A DNA stretch of 64,000 bases from Octopus sinensis (taxonomy: Eukaryota), in NCBI RefSeq assembly GCF_006345805.1, contig NC_043008.1, forward strand, positions 67,704,001 through 67,768,000, in the 5' to 3' direction. Shown here piece after piece: positions 12,741 to 25,403 of the stretch. Both the position numbers and the translations under genes were made by a program. How positions within the stretch are numbered: position 1 is the first letter of the stretch; each line of letters starts with the position of its first letter. The notes below the pieces were generated by a model. The model was not told where the DNA came from. It worked only from the letters and a program-made list of their open reading frames with translations, and searched no databases.

Positions 12741-14026
12741 TCAGGCCATTCCATAAGTTCTGTCCGATTTTATCTTTTTAAAATTTAATGAAATTTAATA
12801 GTATTTTAGAATGTCTAATGGAATTAAAAATTATTTTTATGCATTTGCGTACATTTAAACTAATTAAATATTATTTTACAGAATAATAGAATTAAAATTT
12901 CTTTGATTAAAACCCTTTCTAACATGGAAGTATCCAAAGAGCATTTGAGGCACAACATGCTTTATGAGTACAAAAAAGAAAACTCTGCACCCGAAGCGAC
13001 TCGAAACATGCACTCAATTTATGGTCAAGAATATTTGAATGAAAGAATTTGCAGAAGATGGGTTGCAAAATTCAGAAGTGGAGATTTCAGCCTTGAAGAT
13101 GAAGATCGAACTGGACTTCCAGTTGAGTTTGATGATAAGTTCCTTGAGGCATTATTTGAATAAAATCCTGCATTATCAGTTGAAGAATTGGCAGTAAAGC
13201 TTAGTTCAAATCATACAACTGTTCATCGTCATCTTCAACTACTTGGAAAGGTTCCTAAACTTGGAAAATGGGTGCCTCATGAATTCTCCGAAAGCAACCG
13301 CAAATCCCGAGTCGACATCTGCTCTTTCCTCCATTCTCGCGAACTCATTTCACCCATTTTGGATAGACTTGTGACTGCTGACGGAAAATGGATCTTCTAT
13401 CGAAATGTTAAACGTCGTAAACAGTGGCTTAGTAAAAGGGAAAAGTTCAACCACAACCGAGAAGGGAACTTCATGGAAAAAAGGTTCTTCTCTCTATCTG
13501 GTAGGATTTCAAAGGAGTAATTCACTTTGAATTGTTACTACCTAATGCAACAATCAATGTTCAAGTCTACTGTCAGCAATAAGAGCGTTTGAATCAAGCT
13601 TTGAAGAAAAAAAAGAACTGCTTTAGTGAATCGAAAAGGAGTGATGTTTCATCAGGACAAATCGCGACCCCACACTGCAAAGATCACGTCACAGAAAATC
13701 GAAAAGCTTGGTTGGGAAAAAATTCCTTATCCACCTTGTTCTCCCGACCTTGCTCCTTCACGCTACCATTTGTTTCGTAGTTTACAGAATCATTCGGGGA
13801 CATAAGTTTCGCAAGCCAGGAGGTGGTCGAAACTGACATTTCAGAGTTCTTCACTTTGAAACCAAAAGAATTTTACGTTGATGGGATCAAAAAGCTTGTA
13901 AATAGATGGAAGGAAATCATAGATAATCAGGGAAAGTACATTGGTGATTAAATTTCAATTAAACATAACATTTAATCACTTGTTTTCTTTATTCAAAATT
14001 CGGACAGAACTTATGGGATGACCTGA
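12741..14026 (+). mobile_element. Full-length (1286 bp) mariner transposon, inactive
   Basis: TIR TCAGGCCATTCCATAAGTTCTGTCCGA / TCGGACAGAACTTATGGGATGACCTGA; TA TSD at 12739-12740 and 14027-14028. Confidence 0.95.
12924..13951 (+). pseudogene. Mariner transposase pseudogene (D,D34D family)
   Basis: MEVSKEHLRH..., KWVPHEF, LVTADGKWIFY, HQDKSRPH, HPPCSPDLAPSRYHLF; stop at 13161-13163, frameshifts, third Asp lost. Confidence 0.9.
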
Positions 14027-14334
14027 TATATATGTAAAGGTGTGTGTATACAGAGACAGACACACCGCACAGAGAGACAGACAGACAGAGGGAGAGAAAG
14101 GAGAAAGAGAGGGAGAGAAGGAGAAAGAGGAGAGAAAGCGGAGGCGAACAGTCGTACTCAGCAGTAGGTGTGAAGGAGGGCAAAAGTTGTTAATTTAGGT
14201 GGCTGTGTAAAAGGAATTCTTGTCCTCGGGCGTTGAGAATCATGTTCTTTCTCTCTCTTTTTTCCTCATTCTCCACACATACTAAAAAACGCTCACATAC
14301 ACACATACACACACACATATCCATCCATCCACCT

Positions 14335-14407
<73 letters not shown>

Positions 14408-14494
14408 AAGAAAGAAAGATAGATAGATACAGATATATAGGTGGATATAGACATATATTATATATTTTAACAGATACACAAACACGTGTATGTA

Positions 14495-14660
14495 CGTGCG
14501 CAGGCAGTACGTCCGAGTGGTTAATAAGTTCGCTTTACAACAGAGAGGACTTGTGTTCGATCCTACTGCATGACATCTTGGGCAAATGTAATTTCCCATA
14601 GGCTGTTCGGCTGAACCAAACTTTGGAGGTTCAACTAGACAGATGGAAGCTAAATAGAAG
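14495..14660 (+). mobile_element. Family B SINE 5' half
   Basis: GAGTGGTTAATAAGTTCGC...GTGTTCGATCCTACTGCATGACATCTTGGGCAAATG (tRNA boxes + CORE start). Confidence 0.6.
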
Positions 14661-15075
14661 CCTGTTAATTGGATTTTACTTATAGTTCTGCCGCATGATT
14701 CTGCTAGGGATATACGTTTTTGTGTGGTATTCTGAGCCATTTATACTCTAATTCAATGGGCAGGTAATGCAGTTGGTCAAACAGCTTGATTTTTATCATC
14801 GAAACCAGCGGAGAACCAACCATCCGTATGTGTGTGTGCGTGTTATGTGTACGTGTGTGCGCGCGCGCGTATGTATTACTGTATATAAATATATATATAT
14901 ATATACATACATTAACACCTACATGCACATATATGTGTTTCGTTTTTTTCACTTTCCTGAGGAGAAGATTGCATTGTTTATACTATTTATTCTTTTGAAT
15001 AGTATCAGTGGAATTTTCGAAACATGTGTCGAAAGTAAAATATTTGATTACACCTGCGTTAACTCCATTTTTTAA

Positions 15076-15553
15076 TTCATATATATATATATATATAATA
15101 TATATACATATATATATGTATGTATTTATGTATATGTATGAATATATATATATATATATACATATATATATGTATGTATTTATGTATATGTATGAATATA
15201 TATATATATATATATATATGTAGGTCCCGGGTTGATTCGGGGTTAACCACAGTAAATAAGGTACTCAATACATAGCAGAGTAAAATTAATTTATTATATA
15301 GAAGGAGCTTCCTGAAGATTTCTCTTGAATGAAACAGTTCTAGTCCTGTAGAAGCTCCTTCTATATAATAAATATATATATATATATATATATATGTTGT
15401 GTGTGTGTGTGTGTGTGTCTATGCATATACATACATACATGCATACATACATGCATACATACATACATACATACATACACACATACATACATACATACAT
15501 ACATACATACATACATACATACATACATACGTACGTACATACATATATAAATG

Positions 15554-15608
<55 letters not shown>

Positions 15609-16561
15609 CTATATATATATATATATAATATATATATGTATGTATGTATATCTCACGGATTACATAAATAAGGGAACAAGAAATTATATAGTCAAGTGTT
15701 TGTTTGTGTGTGTGCAGTATATGTATGTATGTATGTATATATATAAATATAAAGCATGCACGCACCACCACACTACTGCCACCGCCACCGCCGCCACCAC
15801 CACCACCACAACAACCACCACCACCACCACCACAACTAGACCCACTATCACCACACAGGAAGACATGAAGTATTACTTGCATTAGTTCATATGTTGTTTA
15901 ATTAGTCATGTTGAATTATACAGAATCTGTGATGAGTCTTCTTTGAATCAGGCTCGGAAATGAGTAATTTGTAATGCGTTATTTTTGAAGGAATAAATAT
16001 ATTGTTTCGAAAACTGATATGTTGTAGTTAAATATACCGTAAGGCGCCTATAACAGGTTTGGTGAGGAATACAGAATGGATGATTTACTTCAGATAGGCA
16101 CAGACATGAGTTATAGTAGGAAACACTTTTCTAGAACATTGGTCTGTGTGTTCTTTAAGAGATTTCTTTGAACCAGCGAGGAGATGCCTATGTGATTGCA
16201 TGATCGTCTAGAAATAGCAGCCATCATCATCATCGTCGTCGTCGTCTTCATTGTTCATTGGTTACAGCTTGCACTTGCACAGATATTCTACAAATCACGT
16301 CCTGCATAACGGAAGAACGACACGTAATATTGAAAAATCTAGTCCTTCATATGTAAACTAAAAAAAAAACAAAAAAAAACACACACACACTGATGAAATG
16401 TTCATGGCTGGATCGTCTCTTATCATATGCCAGCTCTTGGAGAAACTTATGAGTGAATTTAAATTGACAGAAACAAAATCTGCCAGATTCTTGTGGTTGT
16501 ATGAGTGCGCGTGTGCGTGTATACATTCATGCCTACGTACGTACGTACGTACGTACATACA

Positions 16562-16595
<34 letters not shown>

Positions 16596-16690
16596 CGTAC
16601 ATACATACATACATGCATGCATACATACATACATACATACATACATACATACATACATACATACATACATACATACATACATACATGCAA
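15076..16690. repeat. Compound microsatellite region ((TA)n, (TACA)n, (CA)n, (ACC)n); representative of dozens across the window
   Basis: Visible directly; similar tracts at 3975-4060, 5430-5735, 11370-11590, 12440-12730, 19630-19830, 31985-32225, 47028-47135 and 60645-61250. Confidence 0.95.
15289..15373 (+). ncRNA. Type I hammerhead ribozyme in a Penelope-like module (15221-15373)
   Basis: Stem I 15289-15311/15351-15373 (23 perfect bp); CUGAAGA 15312-15318; stem II UUC/GAA with UCUU loop and U-U at 10.1-11.1; GAAA 15331-15334; stem III CAG/CUG; GUA triplet, predicted cut after 15350. Confidence 0.8.
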
Positions 16691-16704
16691 ACATGCATAT
16701 AAGA

Positions 16705-16870
16705 CGGGTTTTTTTTAAAGTTTCCGTCCACCAAATTCACTCACAAGTCTTCGGGCGATCAGAGGCAAGAGTAGAAGACATTTGTCTGAGGTGTCACGCA
16801 GTGGTACTGAACCTGTAACAACGTGGATGGGAAGCAAACTTCTTATAACACAGCCGCGCCTGCGCCTATA
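16705..16870 (-). mobile_element. Family B SINE 5' half
   Basis: Reverse GGCTGTGTTATAAGAAGTTTGCTTCCCATCCACG...GTGACACCTCAGACAAATGTCTTCTACTCTTGCC. Confidence 0.7.
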
Positions 16871-17059
16871 GAGTATAAGGTAACGTCAGTGAGGTTTGAA
16901 CTTAGCGCACTGTACAATTGGTGCAAAGACCCTCAGGACATTCTATCCAGTGCTCTATGACTCCGCCAATTAGTCTTGTTACACGCACGCGCACATACAC
17001 ACTCACATATGCACACACCTATATGTATATATATGTATACACACACATGTGTATATATA

Positions 17060-17195
17060 TAGGCTCGAAACGTAAAAGACTTTCTCACTTTCCCGGGCGT
17101 CAAACTAATACACCTACTTGTTTATACACCTGTCTTCGTCTTTTGATTAGTTTGACGCCCGGGAAAGTGAGAAAGTCTTTTACGTTTCGAGCCTA
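17060..17195. repeat. Perfect 50-bp inverted repeat with 36-nt spacer (inverted Penelope-like end)
   Basis: 17060-17109 is the exact reverse complement of 17146-17195 (50/50). Confidence 0.95.
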
Positions 17196-18194
17196 CGCTC
17201 TTCCATAGAAAGGGTTAAGAGAAAATAAACAGAGAATGAAAAAAATGTAGATTTCAGAGGTCATTAATGGCGACTGGTTGGGAAAAGGTAGTTGGACAGG
17301 GCAGCGAGGAAGAATGGGAGATAATAAAGTACTAGTGATCCCAAAATGAAGGTCAATGTGTGTGTGTATCACAAACACAGATACACACACACACATTGAC
17401 ACACTCATCATACATACACAAATATATGCGTGTGGTGGGCGTCTCTCAGTTTCCGTCTACCAAATCCACTATCGAGGCTTTGGTGGAGAATGAAATATGT
17501 AACTTTTTTTTTAACTAAGTTTTTCCCTCCGTTACTTAGCCCGTCTGTAAATCTTTCACGTGATTTGTTGAAGTGAAAGGTGAAGGGCGAGAGAAAAAGG
17601 AAAGAGAAAAATAAGGTAAGGCGAAGTGTGGGAGGGAGAGTGTTGTATATTAAGTCTATAAAATTGTGCATGAAGTACATAAAGTGGAAAATAAAATGCA
17701 TTAAGTAATCATCATATTCTAATTTCCTCCACTTTTCAATGAGTAGCAGATGAGCGACTATCTTTTGATACTGACACATCACAGGCTACGTTTTCTTGTT
17801 TTTGGATAAAGCTTTGAGAAATAACCCAAATAAGTTAACCATTAATTTTGTGAAATATTCACGATTCCCGCTAGTTTATATTAACAGTTTACGCTTCAAA
17901 TCTGTCATAAGACACCTTTTCAAAGATGTAAAACGCCATCTGATTATTGAAGCACTATCTGTCTTAGCGGTGAGATATCCATTATTCCTAAAGGAAGTTA
18001 ACCGTCACTGAATGATGTAGAAAGTTCCTTCCTATAGGTCAACTCAAAATTTAAGATGGAGCCAGCAAATGTACAAAAGTAAGAGGAAAGTTAAGTCATA
18101 TAGCAACTGAAATGTATTATTAAACGATCTTTAAATGAAGTACAACTCATACAACTCGTTCACAACACACGCGTGCGTTCACATACACACACAC

Positions 18195-18295
<101 letters not shown>

Positions 18296-18342
18296 TGGGT
18301 GCTAATGTTATTGTCTCAAGTAATAAATGAACTCAGAAACGT

Positions 18343-18580
18343 TAAGGAGGTGAGCTGGCAGAAACGTTAGCACGCCGGGCGAAATGCTTAGCGGAACTTC
18401 GTCTGCCATTACGTTCTGAGTTCAAATTCTGCCGAGGTCGACTTTGCCTTTCATCCTTTCGGGGTCGATAAATTAAGTACCAGTTACGCACTGGGGTCGA
18501 TGTAATCAACTTAATCCCTTTGTCTGTCCTTGTTTGTTCCCTTTATATTTAGCCCCTTGTGGGCAATAAATAAATAAGAA
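18343..18580 (+). mobile_element. Family A SINE, full length
   Basis: Near-consensus head, TCATCCTTTCGGGGTCGATAAATTAAGTACCAG core and GCCCCTTGTGGGCAATAAA tail. Confidence 0.9.
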
Positions 18581-18597
18581 ACGTTAGAACTGAAAAT

Positions 18598-19010
18598 TTG
18601 TGCGTGGTAAGATGTTTACTTCCCAACCACTTGGTTTTTTGTGAGTTCAGACCCAATGTCTGGCTTCTTGGGCATATGTCTTCTACACAATCCCTGACTT
18701 GCCCCAAGCCTCGTGACGGAAACTGAGAGACGTACGCCACACGCATATATATGCGTATGTATATTGAGTGTGTGTGTGTGTGTTCGTGCGTGTGAGTGTG
18801 TCTGTGTGTGGGTGTTTGTATGTCTCTCACCACTGCTTGACAACTGCTCTTGGTTTGCCCACATTCCCGTAATCTAGCGGTCCGGCAAAAGAGACCGTTA
18901 GAATACGTACCAAGCTTACAAAAATAGTATTGGGATCGATTTGTGCAGCTAAAGCCTTCAAGACGGTGCTCGAGCATGCCTGCAGTCCAATGACTGAAGG
19001 AAGTAAATGC
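18598..19010 (+). mobile_element. Family B SINE, full length, degenerate
   Basis: tRNA-like head, TTGGGCATATGTCTTCTAC CORE-like part, internal (TG)n, 3' CGGCAAAAGAGACCG...GCAGTCCAATGACTGAA. Confidence 0.75.
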
Positions 19011-19659
19011 TATGAGATTCTATCAAATCCCGCATCCTTTCATTTCTGCCATTACACCCAGCCCCAAGAATACTGGGTTTGCGTTTTGAAAAATACTTTT
19101 CGCTATTCTAAGAACGAATAATATGGCATACTGTGGTGTTCATGCCTTCTCCAGGGACACATTATGATACGAGTGAAGTGATTTGACTTCGAGCGTGAAC
19201 TGAAACCGAATTGCTGTCTCGGTTGCCTTGCCGGCAGCTCACCTTTTCCATAGCGGCAATATTCTAAACAACACAATTTACATTAGTTTATTTGAAGTGT
19301 TATGATGTGATTGTAACACCTTATACTGCCTGTCTTAGTCATTAGTGATGCTCATATTCACACAGAGGAAATGTTAAGCACAGAACAGATTGTCTGAGCT
19401 GCGTCATCCATGATTCGTAACAAATTATGCACAGAGGTAATAGACCAACTCATTTCAGAATCATTTCTCACTGTTGCATCGGGTTTCATTTCATGGTAAT
19501 ACAGCGACAGTAAGTTGCATTTCCTTCATGATTTGGTTTGAAGTTAGAATAAATAAATATATTCTCTTTGGAAAAAGGTTGTTTCTTTTGATTGAAGCAA
19601 CTATAAATCTAGCAACAATATCCGTTCCGTTCATATACACACACACACACACGCACGCG

Positions 19660-19725
<66 letters not shown>

Positions 19726-19762
19726 CATATAAGAGGTGTATATATATATATATTATATATAT

Positions 19763-19835
<73 letters not shown>

Positions 19836-20537
19836 GCACACACACAATACATGCATACGCACACACATACTTAGATATACAGTTATATACATATATTCAT
19901 AATACACATATATTTGCATATATTTGCATATTTATGTATACAGACAGACAGAAAGGAAAATTGTGATTGAAAAATCACTGGTGTTACGCTTACCATCTTT
20001 TCGGAATGAAAAGTCGCTGTATACATCAGAAGCAGTATTAGATTAAAATAGCCATTAGTGTATCATACTTAATGCAAATATATGATGAAAAGGTACCTTA
20101 AGTGCGACATTCATCCGTAGATAATATCTCTTGTGGACGTACTTTGTTAAATAGAACAAAAATCTTTCAGTAACAAAGCCACCTAGCAGCGGTGGTCATA
20201 ATGCTATGTACGTTTTTCTATGACACAAGCGACGGATTTTGTTTCAGCATGTGATTGGCAATAAGAAAGCCCAACGTGGATAAAATGAGTATCTATTATG
20301 CTCTCCGTCACTATTGAACAACTTTTGTCTGCTGCTGCTGATGTATTTGTGTTTTTTAGTACATCCATAAGAGGTGCTATATCCGTAGTTAATTCGCCAT
20401 TTTGCAATGCATTTGCATTACGTACAATAGGCAGATGGCTATGCTAACCTAAACACTGTTTATGTTGCACATAACAGATTTACACACACACACACATGTA
20501 CACACGCATGCACACATGCATACACACATACATAAGA

Positions 20538-20588
20538 TTAAGATTAATGTAAAAAATAAATAACACTGAAGCAACACAACACCAAATA

Positions 20589-20640
<52 letters not shown>

Positions 20641-21065
20641 ATATATAGTTATATTTCGGAATGGTCATATTGCCAGTTTAGCCAATAAAAACAAGCATAT
20701 GTAATGATAATAATAAGTGGATGTAAGCACATGAACAAAATAAGAATAAACAAAAACAACAACAACAAAAACAAAATACAAATTACATGAACGTATATAA
20801 ACAGAAGATACAAATATTACAGGCATCCCCCCACATACACACACTAAATAAACATAGACGCACATAGAGATATAAGCATGCGCAAATGAAGACATACAAT
20901 AGAAATACAAAATGGCTGACGGTTAGACACAAATAAGAAAGAAGAAAACAAAGGACGACTGATGCGGTCACAGGAGTGTGACGAAAGAACTCTGGCCGAA
21001 ATAAAATTAAGATTAATGTAAAAAATAAATAACACTGAAGCAACATAACACCAATATATATGTGT
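20538..21065 (+). repeat. 469-bp unit bounded by a 55-bp direct repeat; Penelope pLTR/retrozyme-like relic
   Basis: TTAAGATTAATGTAAAAAATAAATAACACTGAAGCAAC(A/AT)AACACCAA at 20538 and 21007, each followed by (TA)n; CTGATGC-hairpin-GAAA at 20959-21001. Confidence 0.6.
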
Positions 21066-21070
21066 GTATA

Positions 21071-21142
<72 letters not shown>

Positions 21143-21881
21143 ATATATTATATATATATGTTTATATATGTATAAATTTGTCTGATCAAAATATCACAAG
21201 TTTTGTTCCTTGAAACTTCATTGTAAGCTTCTAGTATTTTTATTTATCTATTTATTTTATTTATTTTTCAGTCAGGAGGGAAAAACAGTATCATGACCAA
21301 ATGCAGGGTATCCATGCCTAGTATTGGAAAGGAGGTGGGAGAGAGGGAGGGAGGGAAGGAGAGGAAGTTATGCTCAAACAAGGGACCAAGTCTGGATGCA
21401 TGCAACAGAGTGGATTCTGCTAAAGTTACTGAAGGGTACCACGTGGTGATATTCAACAGAATGACGGGTCAAGCTTACCACCATAGTCAGCCAAGGTGTG
21501 ATTTGAACTCGGCACTCGAACAGCTAGAACAAATACCGCAAGGCATCTAGCCTAGCGTTTTTACAGTTGCGCCAGTTACATCTTCTCTTTTCCGTTTCTC
21601 TTTCTACTCCTCCTTTCCTTCACTCCCCTCCCTACTCTCCAGGCTCAATGGTTTATATGAGGACATCGATTTTGACTTTATGAAGTTTAAAACAAATGAA
21701 TAGTCTTTAAAAGAAAACAACAGCAGCAACAACAACAACAATAGCAAAAATAGCAATATAAACAGCAGCAACAACAATAACAAATACAGCAATATATATA
21801 AACAACTGCAACGACGACAACAACAATAAAACGACAGTAGCAACAAAAGCAACAACAACAGCGATGACAGACTACAACAGA

Positions 21882-22140
21882 GTGGAGACACAATGGCCCA
21901 GTGGTTAGGGCAGTGGACTCGCGGACGTAAGTACACAGTTTCGATTCCCGGTCCGGGCATTGGGAGTGTTTATTGAGCAAAACACTTATACTTCACGAGG
22001 CTCCGGCAGGAGAGGGTGGGGAATCCCGCTGTACTCTTTCACCACAACTTTCTCTTACTCTTTCTTCCTACTTCTGCCACAAAGCAGAGGAACCATGGTG
22101 TAATCCACTATGGCGTGGTAAACTTTCAGACCCTAGTCTG
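21882..22140 (+). mobile_element. Family C tRNA-derived SINE, partial
   Basis: GTGGAGACACAATGGCCCAGTGGTTAGGGCAGTGGACTCGCGG...TCGATTCCC head; homologous to 49710-50088. Confidence 0.8.
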
Positions 22141-22477
22141 GATTGCGAATTCTTAGTAGCTTAGCGTAGGCTCTAATTAGAGATTATTCTTTGTGGCTAA
22201 TGGTGTGAGTCCTGATTGGAAGAAGAACAACAATAACAGAAACAAAAGCAGAAACAGGAATAACGACGATAAAGGCAAGGATGACAATGAGAACGGTGAC
22301 AACAACACCAATAGCAACGGCAGCAGCAACGACAAAATCGACAGCTACAACAACAGCAGTAACTACAAAAACACCACCACTACCAACAACAACGAGAAAA
22401 GTTACAGCTGGAAGATCAACGGCCAAAACGGCAACAGAAACAACAACAGCTGCAGTAATGAGAGTTTCAAGTTTCGG

Positions 22478-22892
22478 CACAAGGCCAACAGTTTTGGTAA
22501 ATGGGTTAAGTCGATTATATCGACACCAGTGCTCAATTGATATTTATTTTATCGACCTCGTAAAGATGAAAGGTAAATTCGACATCAGAACGTAAAGTCG
22601 AACGAAATGCTACAAAGCATTCTGCCTGGCGTGCTAACGATTTTGCCAGCTCACCGCCAATAACAATAGCGATAATAACGGTTTGAATTTTTGGTACAAA
22701 GTAAACAACTTTAGGGAATGGGTTGAGTCGATTATATCGATCCCAGTGCTCAATTGATACTTATTTTATCGACCTCGTAAAGATGAAAGGTAAAGTCGAC
22801 CTCGGCGGTATTTGAACTCAGAACGGAAAGACGGTCGAAATGCCACTAAGCATTTTGCCTGGGTCTAACAATTTTGCCAGCTCGCCGCCATA
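22478..22892 (-). mobile_element. Two tandem family A SINEs
   Basis: Head-to-tail copies at about 22478-22660 and 22680-22892 sharing GACCTCGTAAAGATGAAAGGTAAA. Confidence 0.85.
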
Positions 22893-25325
22893 ACAACAGT
22901 AATAACGATAACACAAAAGAGGCAACAGCCACAATGTATAATAGATGTCTTTTCTTTTTTTTTATATTGTTTCTGTTTGACTGTCCGAATACCACCATAT
23001 TGCCATACATTCCTGAATGCTCCTGATTTTACCATACACCATTTAATTGTTGTTGTTGTTGTTGTTGCTGTTGTTGTTGTAAAGTCCGAAGACAAACTTG
23101 ATCAAACTGTCCTATAATATGACTGTGATCACTAATACCAGTCTTATCAACTATGCAGCAAAATATTGTGTTGTTTTATCTTTTTTGTCTCATTGAAGTC
23201 AATTGAAACAGCATCATATTTAAACTGTCATCTGTGTATCATAACTAAATATATATATATATATATACTATTAAAAGATATTATGCCGTGGTTTTTGTCT
23301 GGGAGAAAATCTTTTCATAGAGACAAGTTGTGTTAAAAACACAATATATATGTCGGGGCAAAGCGAATATTGTTGCAGCAGGGACTCACAAGAACGCGTT
23401 TCGTCCTACTTAGAGTTTGTCAATTCAGTGCACCTTCTTGTCACCTTCTAACGATTTTAGTTTAATGCTGTTTCTCTTGCCTTCACTGAGTTTTTTTTAC
23501 AGCTCGGCTAATTTTCGCAGTTGTTTCCTACATCTCAAAGCAAGAATTTCGCTTTAGTAGATGAAAACTAGTCTATGAAGATATTTTGTCTCAGACGGAA
23601 ACCACAGCATCATGCCTTTCAACGGTGTGTATACGTTTAGTATGACACTCAGATGGCGATTATTTATTATATTTGTCTCCATTGCTATTGTTGATGTTGT
23701 TATTGTTGTTGTTGTTTACTCCCAGATAGACTCTGGCCCAGTAGATCTATGATCAACGATGTTCAAATTGTGATCCTCTTGCCTTTGTGTATCTATGAAT
23801 AATTTAACTAGGACAACATTATCTTAGACAAACGTCTCTCTTATTTTATTGACAATAGAGGTGAGTTACAAAGAAGCTTTGGCTGCTATTTCTGGCATGT
23901 CGAACAAGCACGTAAAGGCTCCTTTTCTGTCTTGTTTTTTCTATTGCAATGCATCGTGGAACTAGAAGAGAGTACGATTTTCTAGTTTCTTAATTCAGTT
24001 CTTTCTCGTTGATGTTGTGGCTAAGCCCAAGACCTGTCCTAAACGAGAAGATCTATGATTTAAAAAAAGAGTTTTCGGCTGTCTGCAACCCTGCATTCTA
24101 CACTTTCAACACACCTGAGGAATCGGAAAGTATTGCAGGTTTTCTGTGCAAACAAAAAAGTGGATAGAGTTAATTATTAATTGCTTAATACCTCTGGTCT
24201 CAGTGGTTAATATGTTTGGTCATATTAATATATCTGGTCACCTTCATCAATATCTTTTGTGATATTTCTAGCCACGTTATTCATATCTCTAGTGATATAA
24301 TGTAATACTTTTGGTCGCCAGTACTCTAACTCATTCTCCAAATCTCGAAAAGACAGAAAATTCTAGAGTGATGAAGATCGTAGGAATACGAAAACAGATA
24401 TTCAAAGAGGAAATAGAAAGAGAAACATCGAAGAAAGCAAGAAGAAACCAACCAGAATGTGGTTTCACTCCCCAGCTGAAAACTTCATTTACAATACTCT
24501 TGGGGAGTTTAAACAGATAAACCAGGAAACAAAACACGAGAACAAAAAGATAACAGTGAAATAGAATATAAAGAAATAACGAAAGAATAGATGATAAAAT
24601 GCGAAGAAATTTAAGTTATTTATGTATTCAACAATTTTTTTTTCGAGAACATAACAATAACGAAAATATATCTTTTCATTTCATCTTGTCGTCTGCCTAT
24701 TTTGTTACTTTCAAGTAAGCCGCCATTACCGAATAAATAATATGTTAGTTACGGAAGAAATAAGCTTGAGTGTATTTATGTAAATATCCGATAGTTTCTA
24801 TACTCGGTCAATATCTCATAAACATACTGATAAAAGATTAAATTCGAGTGTGATAAAAGCTGAAGACAGAACAGTGTTGGTTAGACGGAACAGTAAACAA
24901 AACAAAACGGAGAAACAGCCAGAAAACATGATAAAATATTAAACTTACAAAAACAAAGAAAATGATAGTGCTAGGATGGATAGAAGACAGAATTATCTGA
25001 AGAGTGTGTTTGTGAATATTTCAAATAGTTTGTGATGTCCTTATAATGTTAACGCTAAACGATAACGAAAGTGGCTTTTTAAATCTTCTACGTCTGCTTA
25101 TTCAGTTAATTTAAGCGAAGCAAGGCGGCCTTTTTCACCTAAATTTCAGGAATGGCATTCATTGGTATTAGTTACATAACACTCCCATTAGTTTAGAGAA
25201 ATATTTACTTTCAGGAAATTGTATAAAAACGTCCTTTAAACAGCTGGACCACCCAATAAACAATAACTAACTTGCCAGAGTTCGTAAATGATGATAACAA
25301 GAACAAGAACAACAGCAGCAGCAGC

Positions 25326-25358
<33 letters not shown>

Positions 25359-25371
25359 AATAATAATAATA

Positions 25372-25403
<32 letters not shown>

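Noticed and set aside
24311-24545. Open frames on both strands (e.g. SDEDRRNTK...MWFHSPAENFIYNTLGEF)
   Set aside because: No recognisable motif, ambiguous strand and weak splice sites; strand-biased composition explains the open frames.
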